33,225 bases of DNA. Origin: an uncultured Bdellovibrionales bacterium (GTDB lineage: Bacteria > Bdellovibrionota_C > UBA2361 > J135). A program made the translations under genes and the position numbers. The stretch spans positions 1 to 33,225 of the forward strand of contig CAZWGK010000002.1 in the NCBI GenBank assembly GCA_964633685.1. Direction: 5' to 3'. Under the pieces are notes generated by a model. It worked only from the letters and a program-made list of their open reading frames with translations. It searched no databases and had not been told where the DNA came from. Below, one piece after another: positions 29,947 through 33,225 of this stretch (positions within the stretch are counted from its first letter, which is position 1; every line of letters starts with the position of its first letter).

Positions 29947-32562
29947 TTAATTAGGCACATTGACTACAATGTGCCCATTCGCGACATCCATCAAGACGGC
30001 CTGTCCGTCTTGAATTTCTCCACTAATTAACTTCTTGGCTAAGGAAGTTTCAATCTCTTTTTGGATTAATCTCTTCAAAGGTCGAGCACCATAGACTGGG
30101 TCATAACCATTTATGGCAAAGTATTCGACTGCTTTTTCAGATAAATTCAGCGTGATGCGACGGTAAGCCAATCTCTCTCTTACTCTCTCAAGCTGAATTT
30201 CCACTATTCTACGAATCTCTTCCCTGCCCAACGGATTAAAGGTTATCAGAGAATCTATTCGATTGAGAAACTCAGGTCTAAAAAACGAGGATAACACCCC
30301 CTGAAGCTCCTTATCCATCTCCGACCTGAGACTCTCTCGCTCAGCCTGCTTAGAATCCCTCATTTTAGAGGCATAAGTCATGATGTGTTGCGAGCCTAGG
30401 TTTGAGGTCATGATTAACAAGGTATTTTTGAATGATACGGTCCTACCTTGTCCATCGGTTAATCGACCATCATCAAGAATCTGAAGAAGCACATTGAAAA
30501 CATCCTGATGGGCTTTCTCAATTTCATCCAGGAGTATTATCGAGAATGGCCGCCTTCTAACTGCTTCCGTTAATTGACCACCCTCCTCATACCCTACATA
30601 TCCTGGAGGAGCCCCTACCAGACGAGATACCGTGTGCTTTTCCATGTACTCGGACATGTCTATTCGAATCATTGCTCGCTCGTCATCAAAAAGAGCCTGC
30701 GCTAAAGCTCTAGCCAACTCTGTCTTACCGACACCCGTAGGCCCCATAAAGATAAAGGAACCAATTGGCTTTTGTGGATCTTTGATACCCGCTCGAGCTC
30801 TAAGAACCGCTGCGGCAACTTCAGAGATGGCTAAGTCTTGGCCAATTACTCTTGTCTTAAGAGTTGATTCCAAGCCCAAAACTTTCTCGCTTTCTCCTTG
30901 AAGTAATTTTGTTACTGGAACACCAGTCCAACGAGCAACAACCTTGGCAATATCCTCTTCATCAACCTCCTCCTTCAAAAGAACACCTGCCTCACTTTTT
31001 TTCTTTGTAATGTTCTCTTCAGCATCTCTTAACTGTTTTTCAAGCTTGGTAAGAGTGCCGTATTGGAGCTCGGCTGCCTTATTCAGATCGTAATTACGCT
31101 TGGCCTGCTCAATTGAAACTCGTGTCTCCTCAATCTGCGTTCTTATGCTTCTTACCTCTTGAACCACCCGCTTTTCAGCATCCCATTGCAAGCGAAGAGC
31201 AGTGTTTCTATCGCTCAATCCAGAGAGCTCATTTTCTAATTTCACTAATCTCTCTTTCGAGGCAGCATCAATCTCTTTTTTTAGCGCCTCTCGCTCGATT
31301 TCAAGTTGTAAAATCCTGCGGGAGACTTCGTCTAATTCAGCAGGCATAGAATCTATTTCGGTTCGAATCTTTGAAGCAGCTTCATCCACGAGATCAATCG
31401 CCTTATCTGGCAAAAAGCGGTCTGAAATATATCTATCGCTTAATGTTGCGGCTGCAACCATAGCTGCATCTTTGATCTTCACTCCATGATGCAGTTCATA
31501 TTTCTCTCTTAATCCTCTCAAGATAGAAATTGTATCTTCTACGGATGGCTGATCTACCAATACTGGTTGAAACCGCCTCTCAAGTGCGGCATCTTTCTCG
31601 ATATATTTCTTATATTCATTGAGGGTAGTAGCACCAACACAGTGCAGCTCACCCCTGGCAAGCATCGGTTTTAATAGGTTACCTGCGTCCATTGAACCTT
31701 CAGCGGCACCTGCTCCCACCACTGTATGAAGTTCATCAATAAATAAAATAATCTCACCCGCAGCTTCTTGAACCTCTTTTAAAACAGCTTTTAAACGCTC
31801 CTCAAATTCTCCCCTAAATTTGGCACCGGCAATTAAGGCACCCATATCTAATGATAATATTTTTTTATCTTTCAGCCCCTCTGGAACATCGCCCGATAGG
31901 ATTCTCTGAGCTAAGCCCTCCACTATAGCTGTTTTTCCAACACCTGGCTGACCGATTAAGACGGGATTATTTTTTGTACGTCTAGATAGAACCTGGATTA
32001 CCCTTCTGATCTCTTCGTCTCTACCAATTACAGGATCTAATTTTCCTTGAGCCGCAGCCTGAGTAAGATCGCGGGCGTATTTCTTTAAAGACTGATAGGT
32101 CTCTTCGGGATTCTGTGTGGTCACTCTATGTGCTCCTCTTACTGACTTAATTGCCTCTAATAGTTTATCCGAACTTAATCCGAATTTTTTAAAGCTCTTT
32201 GCGTGATCAATTCCGGCGACTATAACATGCTCAACAGAGACATAGTCATCTCCCATTTTTTTTGCATGAGCCTCACTGTCCCTGAGAAGATTTAGAACAT
32301 CTCGTCCCAATCTAGCTTCAACTCCAGTACCAGAAGTTATTTGAGGTTTTTTAGAGATAGCCTCTTCTAAGTCTCGCTTTAACAAGGAAACATCGACACC
32401 TCCAGCTTTTATGATAGCTGAGGCGATGCCATCCTTCTGATCGATTAATGCTGCAAGGTAGTGCTCAACAGAAACTTCGGTATTATTAAGAGCCTCAGCT
32501 TTTATCTGAGCGTCCCGTAAGCCTTCCTGTCCTTTGATTGTTAATCTATTAAAATCAAACAT
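29947..32562 (-). CDS. clpB: ATP-dependent chaperone ClpB
   Basis: 871 aa with two AAA+ modules ([18 protein letters not shown] and [16 protein letters not shown]), a long coiled-coil middle domain and a Clp_N N-terminus. AAGGAG lies 5 nt upstream of the ATG. Confidence 0.95.
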   Translation of the reverse strand: MFDFNRLTIKGQEGLRDAQIKAEALNNTEVSVEHYLAALIDQKDGIASAIIKAGGVDVSLLKRDLEEAISKKPQITSGTGVEARLGRDVLNLLRDSEAHAKKMGDDYVSVEHVIVAGIDHAKSFKKFGLSSDKLLEAIKSVRGAHRVTTQNPEETYQSLKKYARDLTQAAAQGKLDPVIGRDEEIRRVIQVLSRRTKNNPVLIGQPGVGKTAIVEGLAQRILSGDVPEGLKDKKILSLDMGALIAGAKFRGEFEERLKAVLKEVQEAAGEIILFIDELHTVVGAGAAEGSMDAGNLLKPMLARGELHCVGATTLNEYKKYIEKDAALERRFQPVLVDQPSVEDTISILRGLREKYELHHGVKIKDAAMVAAATLSDRYISDRFLPDKAIDLVDEAASKIRTEIDSMPAELDEVSRRILQLEIEREALKKEIDAASKERLVKLENELSGLSDRNTALRLQWDAEKRVVQEVRSIRTQIEETRVSIEQAKRNYDLNKAAELQYGTLTKLEKQLRDAEENITKKKSEAGVLLKEEVDEEDIAKVVARWTGVPVTKLLQGESEKVLGLESTLKTRVIGQDLAISEVAAAVLRARAGIKDPQKPIGSFIFMGPTGVGKTELARALAQALFDDERAMIRIDMSEYMEKHTVSRLVGAPPGYVGYEEGGQLTEAVRRRPFSIILLDEIEKAHQDVFNVLLQILDDGRLTDGQGRTVSFKNTLLIMTSNLGSQHIMTYASKMRDSKQAERESLRSEMDKELQGVLSSFFRPEFLNRIDSLITFNPLGREEIRRIVEIQLERVRERLAYRRITLNLSEKAVEYFAINGYDPVYGARPLKRLIQKEIETSLAKKLISGEIQDGQAVLMDVANGHIVVNVPN

Positions 32563-32609
32563 TTAGGCTCCTTCCTAAACTTGTCGTCTCTTGTTTAGGT
32601 AGTTAATCA

Positions 32610-32637
32610 TTGAAACTCTCAAATTCAATCCCCACAC
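32610..32637 (+). promoter_or_regulatory. Sigma32-like promoter motif facing the 32712 ORF
   Basis: TTGAAA (32610-32615), a 14-nt spacer, then CCCCACAC (32630-32637), compared with the consensus CTTGAAA-N13-15-CCCCATNT. The -35 element sits inside the palindrome ATTGAA-N9-TTCAAT (32609-32629). Confidence 0.3.
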
Positions 32638-32711
32638 CGGAACAGCCAATCCCTCGGGTTACTAATGATCAACCCCTATTTTGCTGATTGTCGTAAGCGC
32701 TTCTCTGATAT

Positions 32712-33134
32712 ATGGTCTTAAGCAGGTGGCACACCCAACAAAAGAGTAAGGATATGGATATTTACAGATTCTTTCATCCTCACCATAATCCTAGATTAAA
32801 TAGCACACCTTTGCGTCAAGTAGAGTTAGTTGAGCTTGAGCAAGCCGCATCTGAACTTAAAAAAGCGTTATTGCGGGCTAAATTCAGACTCGAGAAGGGG
32901 ACAACTCCGCCTCTCCTGCCGTCTCATATGACTGATATCATCAAGGCTATGGACTTTGTTAACTCATCTCTTCAGACCTTATGTGATGCTCACCCTGGGG
33001 ATACCCAAGAAGAGCTAGGCACTATCGCAGCCGAAAGGTCACCAATGTCAGGCTGGGAAACCTGGGCTAGTCTGGTTGAAGAGCAATTAGGTTTTGCAAA
33101 AATAGCCTCTGATAGCTCTGAAAAAGTGGCATAA
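32712..33134 (+). CDS. Hypothetical protein (140 aa; alternative start at 32754)
   Basis: Long ORF divergent from clpB with plausible amino-acid composition. There is no clear SD at either start and no family recognised. Confidence 0.4.
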   Translation: MVLSRWHTQQKSKDMDIYRFFHPHHNPRLNSTPLRQVELVELEQAASELKKALLRAKFRLEKGTTPPLLPSHMTDIIKAMDFVNSSLQTLCDAHPGDTQEELGTIAAERSPMSGWETWASLVEEQLGFAKIASDSSEKVA

Positions 33135-33225
33135 GCCTTTAAAACCCATAAATACCTCTCTATAAGCAATTCAACATATTGGAATCACTATCTTATAGAT
33201 GTATTCTAATTTGATAGAACAAAAG

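Noticed and set aside
30632-31489. Plus-strand ORFs inside clpB (30632-30901, 31113-31349, 31202-31489) and other nested ORFs (1899-2114, 2135-2329, 5080-5744, 6117-6458, 27392-27658, 28858-29052, 29170-29382)
   Set aside because: All are embedded in or antisense to well-supported genes. Their Ser/Leu/Arg/Cys-rich products are consistent with frame-shifted reads.
1-33225. CRISPR arrays, rRNA or tRNA genes, or nucleotide-level tandem repeats
   Set aside because: No regularly spaced direct repeats or tRNA-like T-arm/acceptor patterns were seen in the short intergenic regions. The only periodicity found is the protein-level repeat inside 8556-10019.

Overview
AT-rich (about 40% GC by eye), gene-dense bacterial chromosomal window with about 30 credible CDSs and no rRNA, tRNA, CRISPR array, transposase or integrase that I can recognise. 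Order of content: (i) a partial DCC-family thiol oxidoreductase, an unusually GC-rich small-ORF/structured locus, a phage-type small protein and a glutamine synthetase; (ii) a tight three-gene cluster matching the mycobacterial polyprenyl-phospho-arabinofuranose (DPA) donor pathway: a HAD-UbiA fusion, a DprE1-like FAD oxidase and a DprE2-like SDR; (iii) a secreted 10-Cys protein, a protein made of four ~100-aa repeats, an orphan beta-class DNA methyltransferase and a CYTH protein; (iv) a translationally coupled type IV pilus minor-pilin operon (FimT/GspH-like, PilV-, PilW-, PilX-like, a 1258-aa vWA-PilY1 adhesin, a small secreted protein); (v) surE, a CPBP protease and a 1816-aa tandem-fused double UvrA paralogue with four intact ABC sites; (vi) a REC-PAS response regulator, a 597-aa GT-C-like membrane glycosyltransferase, an acyl-CoA thioesterase, rnhB, yraN, clpB and a hypothetical ORF. 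Best candidates for undescribed biology: the DPA-like pathway plus GT-C next to pilus genes (possible pentofuranosyl surface or pilus glycosylation), the asymmetric double UvrA, the repeat protein abutting the orphan methyltransferase, and the GC-rich structured locus at 340-800. All family calls come from motifs read by eye; no database search was possible.
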